A stretch of 64,000 bases of DNA from the human T2T-CHM13v2.0 reference genome, Homo sapiens. Made by a program: the position numbers and the translations under genes. Below the pieces are notes generated by a model. It searched no databases. It was not told where the DNA came from and saw only the letters and a list, made by a program, of their open reading frames with translations. Where the stretch lies: assembly GCF_009914755.1 (NCBI RefSeq), contig NC_060939.1; one strand, 5' to 3'. Positions 11,201 through 25,900 of this stretch are shown here, piece by piece. How positions within the stretch are numbered: the stretch's first letter is position 1; each line of letters begins with the position of its first letter.

Positions 11201-14200
11201 TAACACCCCATTCCATTCTGCTCCTTAATATTCAATTCAATTCCATTCCATTTGATTCCATTCCATTTGATTACATTCCATTCGACTCCATTCCATTCGA
11301 CTCTATTCCATTCGAGTCCATTCCGTTCCATTCCATTGCATTCCGTTCGAATCCCTATTCCATTCCATTTTGTTACTGTCCATTCCATTTGAGTCCATTC
11401 CATGACAAACCATTCCATTCGATTCCATTCCAATAGATTCCATTGCACTCGAATCCAGTGCGTTCCATTCCATTGCTTTCCATTCTATTACATTCCATTG
11501 CATTACATTCCATTCCATTTGATTGCATTCCATTCAATTCCATTAATTTCGAATCAATTACATTGCAATCCATTGCATTCGAGTTCTATTCCAGTCCATT
11601 GCATTCCGGCGCATGCCGTTCCATTCCATTCCATTCGCTTCCGTTCCATTCGAATCGATTGCATTGCAATGCTTTACATTCGAGTCCGTTTTATTCCAGT
11701 CCAATCCATTCCGGTCCATTCCGTTCGATTCCATTCCATTCGATGCCACTCCATACTATTGTATTTCATTCGATTCCATTCTATTCAAATAAATTCCATT
11801 CGAGACCATTCCTTTCGAGTCCATTCTATTTGAGTCCATTCCATTCGAGTCCATTATATTTGGGTCCATTCCATTCAATTCCATTGCAATCCATTCCATT
11901 CGATGTCACTCCATTCATTTCTATTCCATTAGAGTCCATGTCATTGGAGTCCATTCCATTCTATTCTATTCCACTCCATTTCATTCCATTCCACTCCATT
12001 CCATTCGTTGCCGTTCCATTCAATTCTATTATATTCCACTCCATTTACTTCCATTCCATTCCATTCCATTCTATCCAATTCCGTTCCATTCTATTCCTTC
12101 AAAGTCCATTCCATTCCATTCCATTCGTTTCCATTCCATTCGAGTAAAGTCCACTCCAGTCCTTTCCATTCGAGTCCATTCCTCTCCAGTCCATTCCGTT
12201 CAATCCATTCCATTCCAGTCCATTCCATTCGAGTCCGTTCCATTCCAGTCCATTCCATTCGAGTCAATTCCATTCCATTCGATATCTTTCCATAACGATC
12301 CATTCCATTCTATTCCTTTCGATTCCATTCAATTCCATTCTTTCTATTTCATTCCATTCGATTCCCTTCCATTGGACTCCTTTCCATTCGAGTGCATTCC
12401 ATTCCGTTCCATTTCTTTCTGTTCTGTATGATTCCTACCGTTCGATTTCATTTTGTTCCAGTCTATTCCTTTCAAGTGCATTCCATTCCATTTCACTCCA
12501 TTCGATTCCATTCCACTCGATTCCACTCCGTTCCATTTCACTGCATTCCATTCTACTCAATTCTATTGCATTCCATTCCATTCCATTTGATTACATTCCA
12601 TGCGATTCCATTCGAATTCGAATCAATTACATTGAAATCCATTACTATTGAGTCCGTTTTATTCCAGTCCACTCCATTGTGCTCCATTCCATTTGATTCC
12701 ATTCCATTCTATTCCATTCCGTACAGTTGCGTTCCATTGGATTCCATTCTATATCTATAAATGCAACTTGAGACCATTGCTTTTGAGTCCATTCTATATG
12801 ATTCCATTCCATTCAAGTCCATTACATTTGGTTCAATTCCATTCCATTCCATTCCCTTCCATTCCATTCCATTTGATATCAATCCATACGATTCCATTCC
12901 ATTCGAGCACATTCCATTCGAGTCCATTCCATTCGATGCCATTCCATTTGATTCTATTCCATTAGACTCCATTCAATTCCATTAATCTCCATTCCATTCC
13001 ATTCTACTCCAACTGATTCCATTCCATTCTATTCCTTTCCATTCCATTCCATTCCATTCCATTCGCTTCCATTCCATTCGTGTCCATTCCACTCCAGTCC
13101 ATTCCATTCGTGTCCATTCCATTCCAGTCCATTCCATTTGTGTCCACTGCATTCCATTCCACTCCATTCCATATTATTCCATTACACTCCATTCCATTCT
13201 ATTACTTTCATTTCCATTCAGTTCCATTCCATTTGATTCCATTCCACTCGGTTTCACTCCATTTGAGTCCATTCCATTCCATTCCATTCCATTCCATTCC
13301 ATTCCATTCTGTTCCATTCCATTCCATTCCATTCCATTGGGTACCATTCCATATTGTTCCATTCGATTCCATTCGAATCCATTCCATTCCAGTCCATTCC
13401 ACTCGATTCCATTCCATTCCATTCGATTCCACTTGATTCCACTCCATTCCCTTCCACTGCATTCCATTCGATTCAATTCCATTGCATTTCATTCCATTCC
13501 ATTGGATTGCATTCCATTCGATTCCATTCCATTCGAATCAATTACATAGCAATCCATTACATTCGAGTCTGTTCTATTCCGTTCCATTCGATTTCGTTCC
13601 AATCCATTCGATTCCATTCCATTCGATTCCATTCCATACTATTGCATTCCATTCGATTAAATTATACTCGAATAAATTCCATTCAAGACCATTTCTGTTG
13701 AGTCCATTCTACTTGAGACCATTCCCTTTGATTCCATAACATTTGAGTCCATTCAATTCCATTCCTTTCGTTTCCATTCCATTTGATGCCATTCCATTCA
13801 ATTCTGTTCTACTCGACTCCAGTACATTCAATTCCATTCCATACGATTCCATTAGATTCTTTTCATTTCTTATCCATTTCAAGCCATTCCATTCCATTCC
13901 ATTCCATTCCACTCGTTTCCTTTCCATTCGAGTCCATTCCACTCCAGTCCATTCCATTCGAATCCATTTCACTCCAGTCCATTCCATTCGAATCCATTTC
14001 ACTCCAGTCCATTAAATTCGAGTACATTCCATTCCATTCTATTCAATGCCATTCCATTCGATTCTATTCCATTCGACACCATTCCTTTCCATTCCGTTCC
14101 ATCCGATTCCATTCCATTGTATTCCATTCAATTCCATTCCATTGCATTCCATTCGTTTCCATTCCATTCGAATTCATTCCGCTCAAGTCCATTCCATTCG

Positions 14201-17200
14201 AGTCCATTCCATTCGATATCATTCCATACTATTGAATTCCATTCGATTCCATTGTTTTCGAATAAATTCCAACCGAGACCATTCCTTTCGTGTCCATTCT
14301 ATTTGACTGCATTCCATTTGAGTCCATTAAATTTCTGCACATTCCATTCCTTTCCATTCCATTCCATTCCATTCCTTTCGGTGCCATTCCATTCCACTCT
14401 AATCCATTCAAGTCCATTCCATTTGAGTCCATTCCATTGATTCGATGCCATTACATTCAATTCTATTCCATTCGACTCCATTGCATTCCATTCCCTTCCA
14501 AACGATTCCATTCCATTCTATTAATTTCTATTCCAATCCATTCCATTCCGTTCCATTCGTTTCCATTCCATTCGAGTCCACTCCATTCCAGTCCATTCCA
14601 TTCGATTCCATTCCATTCCAGTCCATTCCATTCAAGTCCATTCCACTGCATTCCATTCCATTCGATATCCTTCGATAGCACCCCATTCCATTCTGCTCCT
14701 TACTATTCAATTCAATTCCATTCCATTTGATTCCATTCCATTTGATTCCATTCCATTCGACTCCATTCCATTCGACTCTATTCCATTCGAGTCCATTCCA
14801 TTCCATTCCATTGCATTCCGTTCCAATCCCTATTCCATTCCATTTTGTTACTGTCCATTCCATTTGAGTCCATTCCATGACAAACCATTCCATTCGATTC
14901 CATTCCAATAGATTCCATTGCACTCGAATCCAGTGCGTTCCATTCCATTGCTTTCCATTCTATTACATTCCATTGCATTACATTCCATTCCATTTGATTG
15001 CATTCCATTCAATTCCATTAATTTCGAATCAATTACATTGCAATCCATTGCATTCGAGTTCTATTCCAGTCCATTGCATTCCGGCGCATGCCGTTCCATT
15101 CCATTCCATTTGCTTCCGTTCCATTCGAATCGATTGCATTGCAATGCTTTACATTCGAGTCCGTTTTATTCCAGTCCAATCCATTCCGGTCCATTCCGTT
15201 CGATTCCATTCCATTCGATGCCACTCCATACTATTGTATTTCATTCGATTCCATTCTATTCAAATAAATTCCATTCGAGACCATTCCTTTCGAGTCCATT
15301 CTATTTGAGTCCATTCCATTCGAGTCCATTATATTTGGGTCCATTCCATTCAATTCCATTGCAATCCATTCCATTCGATGTCACTCCATTCATTTCTATT
15401 CCATTAGAGTCCATGTCATTCGAGTCCATTCCATTCTATTCTATTCCACTCCATTTCATTCCATTCCACTCTATTCCATTCGTTGCCGTTCCATTCAATT
15501 CTATTATATTCCACTCCATTTACTTCCATTCCATTCCATTCCATTCTATCCAATTCCGTTCCATTCTATTCCTTTAAAGTCCATTCCATTCCATTCCATT
15601 CGTTTCCATTCCATTCGAGTAAAGTCCACTCCAGTCCTTTCCATTCGAGTCCATTCCTCTCCAGTCCATTCCGTTCAATCCATTCCATTCCAGTCCATTC
15701 CATTCGAGTCCGTTCAATTCCAGTCCATTCCATTCGAGTCAATTCCATTCCATTCGATATCTTTCCATAACGATCCATTCCATTCTATTCTTTTCGATTC
15801 CATTCAATTCTATTCCATTCTATTTCATTCCATTCGATTCCCTTCCATTGGACTCCTTTCCATTCGAGTGCATTCCATTCCGTTCCATTTCTTTCTGTTC
15901 TGTATGATTCCTAGCGTTCGATTTCATTTTGTTCCAGTCTATTCCTTTCAAGTCCATTCCATTCCATTTCACTCCATTCGATTCCATTCCACTCGATTCC
16001 ACTCCGTTCCATTTCATTGCATTCCATTCTATTCAATTCTATTACATTCCATTCCATTCCATTTGATTACATTCCATGCGATTCCATTCGAATTCGAATC
16101 AATTACATTGCAATCCATTACTATTGAGTCCGTTTTATTCCAGTCCACTCCATTCTGGTCCATTCCATTTGATTCCATTCCATTCTATTCCATTCCGTAC
16201 AGTTGCATTCCGTTGGATTCCATTCTATATCTATAAATTCAACTCGAGACAATTGCTTTTGAGTCCATTCTATATGATTCCATTCCATTCAAGTCCATTA
16301 CATTTGGTTCAATTCCATTCCATTCCATTCCCTTCCATTCCATTCCATTTGATATCAATCCATTCGATTCCATTCCATTCGAGCACATTCCATTCGAGTC
16401 CATTCCATTCGATGCCATTCCATTTGATTCTATTCCATAAGTCTCCATTCAATTCCATTAATCTCCATTCCATTCCATTCTACTCCAACTGATTCCATTC
16501 CATTCTATTCCTTTCCATTCCATTCCATTCCATTCCATTCGCTTCCATTCCATTCGTGTCCATTCCACTCCAGTCCATTCTGTTCGTGTCCATTCCATTC
16601 CAGTCCATTCCATTTGTGTCCACTGCATTCCATTCCACTCCATTCCATATTATTCCATTACACTCCATTCCATTCTATTACTTTCATTTCCATTCAGTTC
16701 CATTCCATTTGATTCCATTCCACTCGGTTTCACTCCATTTGAGTCCATTCCATTCCATTCCATTCCATTACATTCCATTCAGTTCCATTCCATTCTGTTC
16801 CATTCCATTCCATTCCATTCCGTACCATTCCATATTGTTCCATTCGATTCCATTCGAATCCATTCCATTCCAGTCCATTCCATTCGATTGCATTCCATTC
16901 CTTTCAATTCCATTCCATTCCATTCGATTCCACTTGATTCCACTCCATTCCCTTCCACTGCATTCCATTCGATTCCATTCCATTGCATTGCATTCCATTC
17001 CATTAGATTGCATTCCATTCGATTCCATTCCATTCCAATCAATTACATAGCAATCCATTACATTCGAGTCTATTCTATTCCGTTCCATTCGATTTCGTTC
17101 CAATCCATTCGATTCCATTCCATTCGATTCCATTCCATACTATTGCATTCCATTCGATTAAATTATATTCGAATAAATTCCATTCAAGACCATTTCTGTT

Positions 17201-19280
17201 GAGTCCATTCTACTTGAGTCCACTCCCTTTGATCCCATAAAATTTCAGTGCATTCAATTCCATTCCTTTCGTTTCCATTCCATTTGATGCCATTCCATTC
17301 AATTCTGTTCTACTCGACTCCAATACATTCAATTCCATTCCATCCGATTCCATTACATTCTTTTCATTTCTTATCCATTTCAAGCCATTCCATTCCATTC
17401 CATTCCATTCCACTCGTTTCCTTTCCATTCGAGTCCATTCCACTCCTGTCCATTCCATTCGAATCCATTTCACTCCAGTCCATTCCATTCGAATCCATTT
17501 CACTCCAGTCCATTAAATTCGAGTACATTCCATTCCATTCTATTCAATGCCATTCCATTCGATTCTATTCCATTCGACACCATTCCTTTCCATTCCGTTC
17601 CATCCGATTCCATTCCATTGTATTCCATTCAATTCCATTCCATTGCATTCCATTCGTTTCCATTCCATTAGAATTCATTCCACTCAAGTCCATTCCATTC
17701 GAGTCCATTCCATTCGATATCATTCCATACTATTGCATTCCATTCGATTCCATTTTTTTCGAATAAATTCCAACCGAGACCATTCCTTTCGTGTCCATTC
17801 TATTTGACTGCATTCCATTTGAGTCGATTACATTTGTGCACATTCCATTCCTTTCCATTCCATTCCATTCTATTCCATTCCTTTCGGTGCCATTCCTTTA
17901 CACTCCAATCCTTTCAAGTCCATTCCATTTGAGTCCATTCCATTGATTCGATGCCATTACATTCAATTCCATTCCATTCGACTCCATTCCATTCCATTCC
18001 CTTCCAAACGATTCCATTCCATTCTATTACTTTCTATTCCAATCCATTCCATTCCGTTCCATTCGTTTCCATTCCATTCGAGTCCACTCCATTCCAGTCC
18101 ATTCCAATCGATTCCGTTCCATTCCAGTCCATTCCATTCAAGTCCATTCCACTCCATTCCATTCCATTCGATATCTTTCGATAACACCCCATTCCATTCT
18201 GCTCCTTACTATTCAATTCAATTCCATTCCATTTGATTCCATTCCATTTGATTACATTCCATTCGACTCCATTCCATTCGACTCTATTCCATTCGAGTCC
18301 ATTCCATTCCATTCCATTGCATTCCGTTCCAATCCCTATTCCATTCCATTTTGTTACTGTCCATTCCATTTGAGTCCATTCCATGCCAAACCATTCCATT
18401 CGATTCCATTCCAATAGATTCCATTGCACTCGAATCCAGTGCGTTCCATTCCATTGCTTTCCATTCTATTACATTCCATTGCATTACATTCCATTCCATT
18501 TGATTGCATTCCATTCAATTCCATTAATTTCGAATCAATTACATTGCAATCCATTGCATTCGAGTTCTATTCCAGTCCATTGCATTCCGGCGCATTCCGT
18601 TCCATTCCATTCCATTCGATTCCGTTCCATTCGTATCGATTGCATTGCAATGCTTTACATTCGAGTCCGTTTTATTCCAGTCCAATCCATTCCGGTCCAT
18701 TCCGTTCGATTCCATTCCATTCGATGCCACTCCATACTACTGTATTTCATTCGATTCCATTCTATTCAAATAAATTCCATTCGAGACCATTCCTTTCGAG
18801 TCCATTCTATTTGAGTCCATTCCATTCGAGTCCATTATATTTGGGTCCATTCCATTCAATTCCATTGCAATCCATTCCATTCGATGTCACGCCATTCATT
18901 TCTATTCCATTAGAGTCCATGTCATTCGAGTCCATTCCATTCTATTCTATTCCACTCCATTCCATTCCATTCCACTCCATTCCATTTGTTGCCGTTCCAT
19001 TCAATTCTATTATATTCCACTCCATTTAATTCCATTCCATTCCATTCCATTCCATTCTATCCAATTCCGTTCCATTCTATTCCTTTAAAGTCCATTCCAT
19101 TCCATTCCATACGTTTCCATTCCATTCGAGTAAAGTCCACTCCAGTCTTTTCCATTCGAGTCCATTCCTCTCCAGTCCATTCCGTTCAATCCATTCCATT
19201 CCAGTCCATTCCATTCGAGTCCGTTCCGTTCCAGTCCATTCCATTCGAGTCAATTCCATTCCATTCGATATCTTTCCATA

Positions 19281-19310
19281 ACGATCCATTCCATTGATTC
19301 TATTCCATAA
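19281..19310 (+). other. Junction of a ~641-bp internal deletion in one 3.5-kb unit
   Basis: ACGATCCATTCCATT joins directly to GATTCTATTCCATAAGTCTCC at 19295/19296. In the previous unit these words are separated by 15785-16425. The period drops to 2850. Confidence 0.88.
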
Positions 19311-22300
19311 GTCTCCATTCAATTCCATTAATCTCCATTCCATTCCATTCTACTCCAGCTGATTCCATTCCATTCTATTCCTTTCCATTCCATTCCATTC
19401 CATTCCATTCGCTTCCATTCCATTCGTGTCCATTCCATTCCAGTCCATTCTGTTCGTGTCCATTCCATTCCAGTCCATTCCATTTGTGTCCACTGCATTC
19501 CATTCCACTCCATTCCATATTATTCCATTACACTCCATTCCATTTTATTACTTTCATTTCCATTCAGTTCCATTCCATTTGATTCCATTCCACTCGGTTT
19601 CACTCCACTTGAGTCCATTCCATTCCATTCCATTCCATTCTGTTCCATTCCATTCCATTCCATTCCATTCCATTCCATTCGGTACCATTCCATATTGTTC
19701 CATTCGATTCCATTCGAATCCATTCCATTCCAGTCCATTCCATTCGATTCCATTCCATTCCTTTCAATTCCATTCCATTCCATTCCATTCCACTTGATTC
19801 CACTCCATTCCCTTCCACTGCATTCCATTCAATTCCATTCCATTGCATTGCATTCCATTCCATTGGATTGCATTCCATTCGATTCCATTCCATTCGAATC
19901 AATTACATAGCAGTCCATTACATTCGAGTCTGTTCTATTCCGTTGCACTCGATTTCGTTCCAATCCATTCGATTCCATTCCATTCGATTCCATTCCATAC
20001 TATTGCATTCCATTCGATTAAATTATATTCGAATAAATTCCATTCAAGACCATTTCTGTTGAGTCCATTCTACTTGAGTCCATTCCCTTTGATTCCATAA
20101 CATTTGAGTCCATTCAATTCCATTCCTTTCGTTTCCATTCCATTTGATGCCATTCCATTCAATTCTGTTCTACTCGACTCCAATACATTCAATTCCATTC
20201 CATTCGATTCCATTACATTCTTTTCATTTCTTATCCATTTCAAGCCATTCCATTCCATTCCATTCCACTCGTTTCCTTTCCATTCGAGTCCATTCCACTC
20301 CAGTCCATTCCATTCGAATCCATTTCACTCCAGTCCATTCCATTCGAATCCGTTTCACTCCAGTCCATTAAATTCGAGTACATTCCATTCCATTCTATTC
20401 AATGCCATTCCATTCGATTCTATTCCATTCGACACCATTCCTTTCCATTCCGTTCCATCCGATTCCATTCCATTGTATTCCATTCAATTCCATTCCATTG
20501 CATTCCATTCGTTTCCATTCCATTCGAATTCATTCCACTCAAGTCCATTCCATTCGAGTCCATTCCATTCGATATCATTCCATACTATTGCATTCCATTC
20601 GATTCCATTGTTTTCGAATAAATTCCAACCGAGACCATTCCTTTCGTGTCCTTTCTATTTGACTGCATTCCATTTGAGTCCATTAAATTTCTGCACATTC
20701 CATTCCTTTCCATTCCATTCCATTCCATTCCTTTCGGTGCCATTCCATTCCACTCTACTCCATTCAAGTCCATTCCATTTGAGTCCATTCCATTGATTCG
20801 ATGCCATTACATTCAATTCTATTCCATTCGTATCCATTCCATTCCATTTCCTTCCAAACGATTCCATTCCATTCTATTACTTTCTATTCCAATCCATTCC
20901 ATTCCGTTCCATTCGTTTCCATTCCATTCGAGTCCACTCCGTTCCATTCCATTCCATTCGATTCCATTCCATTCCAGTCCATTCCATTCAAGTCCATTCC
21001 ACTCCATTACATTCCATTCGATATCTTTTGATAACACCCCATTCCATTCTGCTCCTTACAATTCAATTCAATTCCAGTCCATTTGATTCCATTCCATTTG
21101 ATTACATTCCATTCGACTCCATTCCATTCGACTCTATTCCATTCGAGTCCACTCCATTCCATTCCATTGCATTCCGTTCGAATCCCTATTCCATTCCATT
21201 TTGTTACTGTCCATTCCATTTGAGTCCATTCCATGCCAAACCATTCCATTCGATTCCATTCCAATAGATTCCATTGCACTCGAATCCAGTGCGTTCCATT
21301 CCATTGCTTTCCATTCTATTACATTCCATTGCATTACATTCCATTCCATTTGATTGCATTCCATTCAATTCCATTAATTTCGAATCAATTACATTGCAAT
21401 CCATTGCATTCGAGTTCTATTCCAGTCCATTGCATTCCGGCGCATTCCGTTCCATTCCATTCCATTCGATTCCGTTCCATTCGAATCGATTGCATTGCAA
21501 TGCATTACATTCGAGTCCGTTTTATTCCAGTCCAATCCATTCCGGTCCATTCCGTTCGATTCCATTCCATTCGATGCCACTCCATACTATTGTATTTCAT
21601 TCGATTCCATTCTATTCAAATAAATTCCATTCGAGACCATTCCTTTCATGTCCATTCTATTTGAGTCCATTCCATTCGAGTCCATTATATTTGGGTCCAT
21701 TCCGTTCAATTGCATTGCAATCCATTCCATTCGATGTCACTCCATTCATTTCTATTCCATTAGAGTCCATGTCAATCGAGTCCATTCCATTCTATTCTAT
21801 TCCACTCCATTCCATTCCATTCCACTCCATTCCATTCGTTGCCGTTCCATTCAATTCTATTATATTCCACTCCATTTAATTCCATTCCATTCCATTCCAT
21901 TCCATTCTATCCAATTCCGTTCCATTCTATTCCTTTAAACTCCATTCCATTCCATTGCATTCCTTTCCATTCCATTCGAGTAAAGTCCACTCCAGTCCTT
22001 TCCATTCGAGTCCATTCCTCTCCAGTCCATTCCGTTCAATCCATTCCATTCCAGTCCATTCCATTCGAGTCCGTTCCATTCCAGTCCATTCCATTCGAGT
22101 CAATTCCATTCCATTCGATATCTTTCCATAACGATCCATTCCATTCTATTCCTTTCGATTCCATTCAATTCCATTCCATTCTATTTCATTCCATTGGATT
22201 CCCTTCCATTGGACTTCTTTCCATTCGAGTGCATTCCATTCCGTTCCATTTCTTTCTGTTCTGTATGATTCCTACTGTTCGATTTCATTTTGTTCCAGTC

Positions 22301-22840
22301 TATTCCTTTCAAGTCCATTCCATTCCATTTCACTCCATTCGATTCCATTCCACTCGATTCCACTCCGTTCCATTTCATTGCATTCCATTCTATTTAATTC
22401 TATTGCATTCCATTCCATTCCATTTGATTACATTCCATGCGATTCCATTCGAATTCGAATCAATTACATTGAAATCCATTACTATTGAGTCCGTTTTATT
22501 CCAGTCCACTCCATTCTGGTCCATTCCATTTGATTCCATTCCATTCTATTCCATTCCGTACAGTTGCATTCCATTGGATTCCATTCTATATCTATAAATG
22601 CAACTAGAGACCATTGCTTTTGAGTCCATTCTATATGATTCCATTCCATTCAAGTCCATTACATTTGGTTCAATTCCATTCCATTTCATTCCCTTCCATT
22701 CCATTCCATTTGATATCAATCCATTCGATTCCATTCCATTCGAGCACATTCCATTCGAGTCCATTCCATTCGATGCCATTCCATTTGATTCTATTCCATA
22801 AGTCTCCATTCAATTCCATTAATCTCCATTCCATTCCATT

Positions 22841-22950
22841 CTACTCCAACTGATTCCATTCCATTCTATTCCTTTCCATTCCATTCCATTCCATTCTACT
22901 CCAACTGATTCCATTCCATTCTATTCCTTTCCATTCCATTCCATTCCATT
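22841..22950 (+). repeat. 55-bp local tandem duplication
   Basis: CTACTCCAACTGATTCC...CTATTCCTTTCC occurs at both 22841 and 22896 but only once in other units. Confidence 0.85.
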
Positions 22951-25900
22951 CGCTTCTATTCCATTCGTGTCCATTCCACTCCAGTCCATTCCATTCGTGT
23001 CCATTCCATTCCAGTCCATTCCATTTGTGTCCACTGCATTCCATTCCACTCCATTCCATATTATTCCATTACACTCCATTCCATTCTATTACTTTCATTT
23101 CCATTCAGTTCCATTCCATTTGATTCCATTCCACTCCGTTTCACTCCACTTGAGTCAATTCCATTCCATTCCATTCTGTTCCTTTCCATTCCATTCCATT
23201 CCATTCCATTCGGTACCATTCCATATTGTTCCATTCGATTCCATTCGAATCCATTCCATTCCGGTCCATTCCATTCGATTCCATTCCATTCCTTTCAATT
23301 CCATTCCATTCCATTCGATTCCACTTGATTCCACTCCATTCCCTTCCACTGCATTCCATTCGATTCCATTCCATTGCATTGCATTCCATTCCATTGGATT
23401 GCATTCCATTCGATTCCATTCCATTCGAATCAATTACATAGCAATCCATTACATTCGAGTCTGTTCTATTCCGTTGCACTCGATTTCGTTCCAATCCATT
23501 CGATTCCATTCCATTCGATTCCATTCCATACTATTGCATTCCATTCGATTAAATTATATTCGAATAAATTCCATTCAAGACCATTTCTGTTGAGTCCATT
23601 CTACTTGAGTCCATTCCCTTTGATTCCATAACATTTGAGTCCATTCAATTCCATTCCTTTCGTTTCCATTCCATTTGATGCCATTCCATTCAATTCTGTT
23701 CTACTCGACTCCAATACATTCAATTCCATTCCAGCCGATTCCATTACATTCTTTTCATTTCTTATCCATTTCAAGCCATTCCATTCCATTCCACTCGTTT
23801 CCTTTCCATTCGAGTCCATTCCCTCCAGTCCATTCCATTCGAATCCATTTCACTCCAGTCCATTCCATTCGAATCCGTTTCACTCCAGTCCATTAAATTC
23901 GAGTACATTCCATTCCATTCTATTCAATGCCATTCCATTCGATTCTATTCCATTCGACACCATTCCTTTCCATTCCGTTCCATCCGATTCCATTCCATTG
24001 TATTCCATTCAATTCCATTCCATTGCATTCCATTCGTTTCCATTCCATTCGAATTCATTCCACTCAAGTCCATTCCATTCGAGTTCATTCCATTCGATAT
24101 CATTCCATACTATTGCATTCCATTCGATTCCATTGTTTTCGAATAAATTCCAACCGAGACCATTCCTTTCGTGTCCTTTCTATTTGACTGCATTCCATTT
24201 GAGTCCATTAAATTTCTGCACATTCCATTCCTTTCCATTCCATTCCATTCCATTCCTTTCGGTGCCATTCCATTCCACTCTACTCCATTCAAGTCCATTC
24301 CATTTGAGTCCATTCCATTGATTCGATGCCATTACATTCAATTCTATTCCATTCGAATCCATTCCATTCCATTTCCTTCCAAACGATTCCATTCCATTCT
24401 ATTACTTTCTATTCCAATCCATTCCATTCCGTTCCATTCGTTTCCATTCCATTCGAGTCCACTCCATTCCATTCCATTCCATTCGATTCCATTCCATTCC
24501 AGTCCATTCCATTCAAGTCCATTCCACTCCATTCCATTCCATTCGATATCTTTTGATAACACCCCATTCCATTCTGCTCCTTACAATTCAATTCAATTCC
24601 AGTCCATTTGATTCCATTCCATTTGATTACATTCCATTCGACTCCATTCCATTCGACTCTATTCCATTCGAGTCCATTCCATTCCATTCCATTGCATTCC
24701 GTTCGAATCCCTATTCCATTCCATTTTGTTACTGTCCATTCCATTTGAGTCCATTCCATGCCAAACCATTCCATTCGATTCCATTCCAATAGATTCCATT
24801 GCACTCGAATCCAGTGCGTTCCATTCCATTGCTTTCCATTCTATTACATTCCATTGCATTACATTCCATTCCATTTGATTGCATTCCATTCAATTCCATT
24901 AATTTCGAATCAATTACATTGCAATCCATTGCATTCGAGTTCTATTCCAGTCCATTGCATTCCGGCGCATTCCGTTCCATTCCATTCCATTCGATTCCGT
25001 TCCATTCGAATCGATTGCATTGCAATGCTTTACATTCGAGTCCGTTTTATTCCAGTCCAATCCATTCCGTTCCATTCCGTTCGATTCCATTCCATTCGAT
25101 GCCACTCCATACTATTGTATTTCATTCGATTCCATTCTATTCAAATAAATTCCATTCGAGACCATTCTTTTCGAGTCCATTCTATTTGAGTCCATTCCAT
25201 TCGAGTCCATTATATTTGGGTCCATTCCATTCAATTCCATTGCAATCCATTCCATTCGATGTCACTCCATTCATTTCTATTCCATTAGAGTCCATGTCAT
25301 TCGAGTCCATTCCATTCTATTCTATTCCACTCCATTCCATTCCATTCCACTCCATTCCATTCGTTGCCGTTCCATTCAATTCTATTATATTCCACTCCAT
25401 TTAATTCCATTCCATTCCATTCCATTCCATTCTATCCAATTCCGTTCCATTCTATTCCTTTAAAGTCCATTCCATTCCATTCCCTACGTTTCCATTCCAT
25501 TCGAGTAAAGTCCACTCCAGTCCTTTCCATTCGAGTCCATTCCTCTCCAGTCCATTCCGTTCAATCCATTCCATTGGAGTCCGTTCCATTCCAGTCCATT
25601 CCATTCGAGTCAATTCCATTCCATTCGATATCTTTCCATAACGATCCATTCCATTCTATTCCTTTCGATTCCATTCAATTCCATTCCATTCTATTTCATT
25701 CCATTCGATTCCCTTCCATTGGACTCCTTTCCATTCGAGTGCATTCCATTCCGTTCCATTTCTTTCTGTTCTGTATGATTCCTACCATTCGATTTCATTT
25801 TGTTCCAGTCTATTCCTTTCACGTCCATTCCATTCCATTTCACTCCATTCGATTCCATTCCACTCGATTCCCCTCCGTTCCATTTCATTGCATTCCATTC

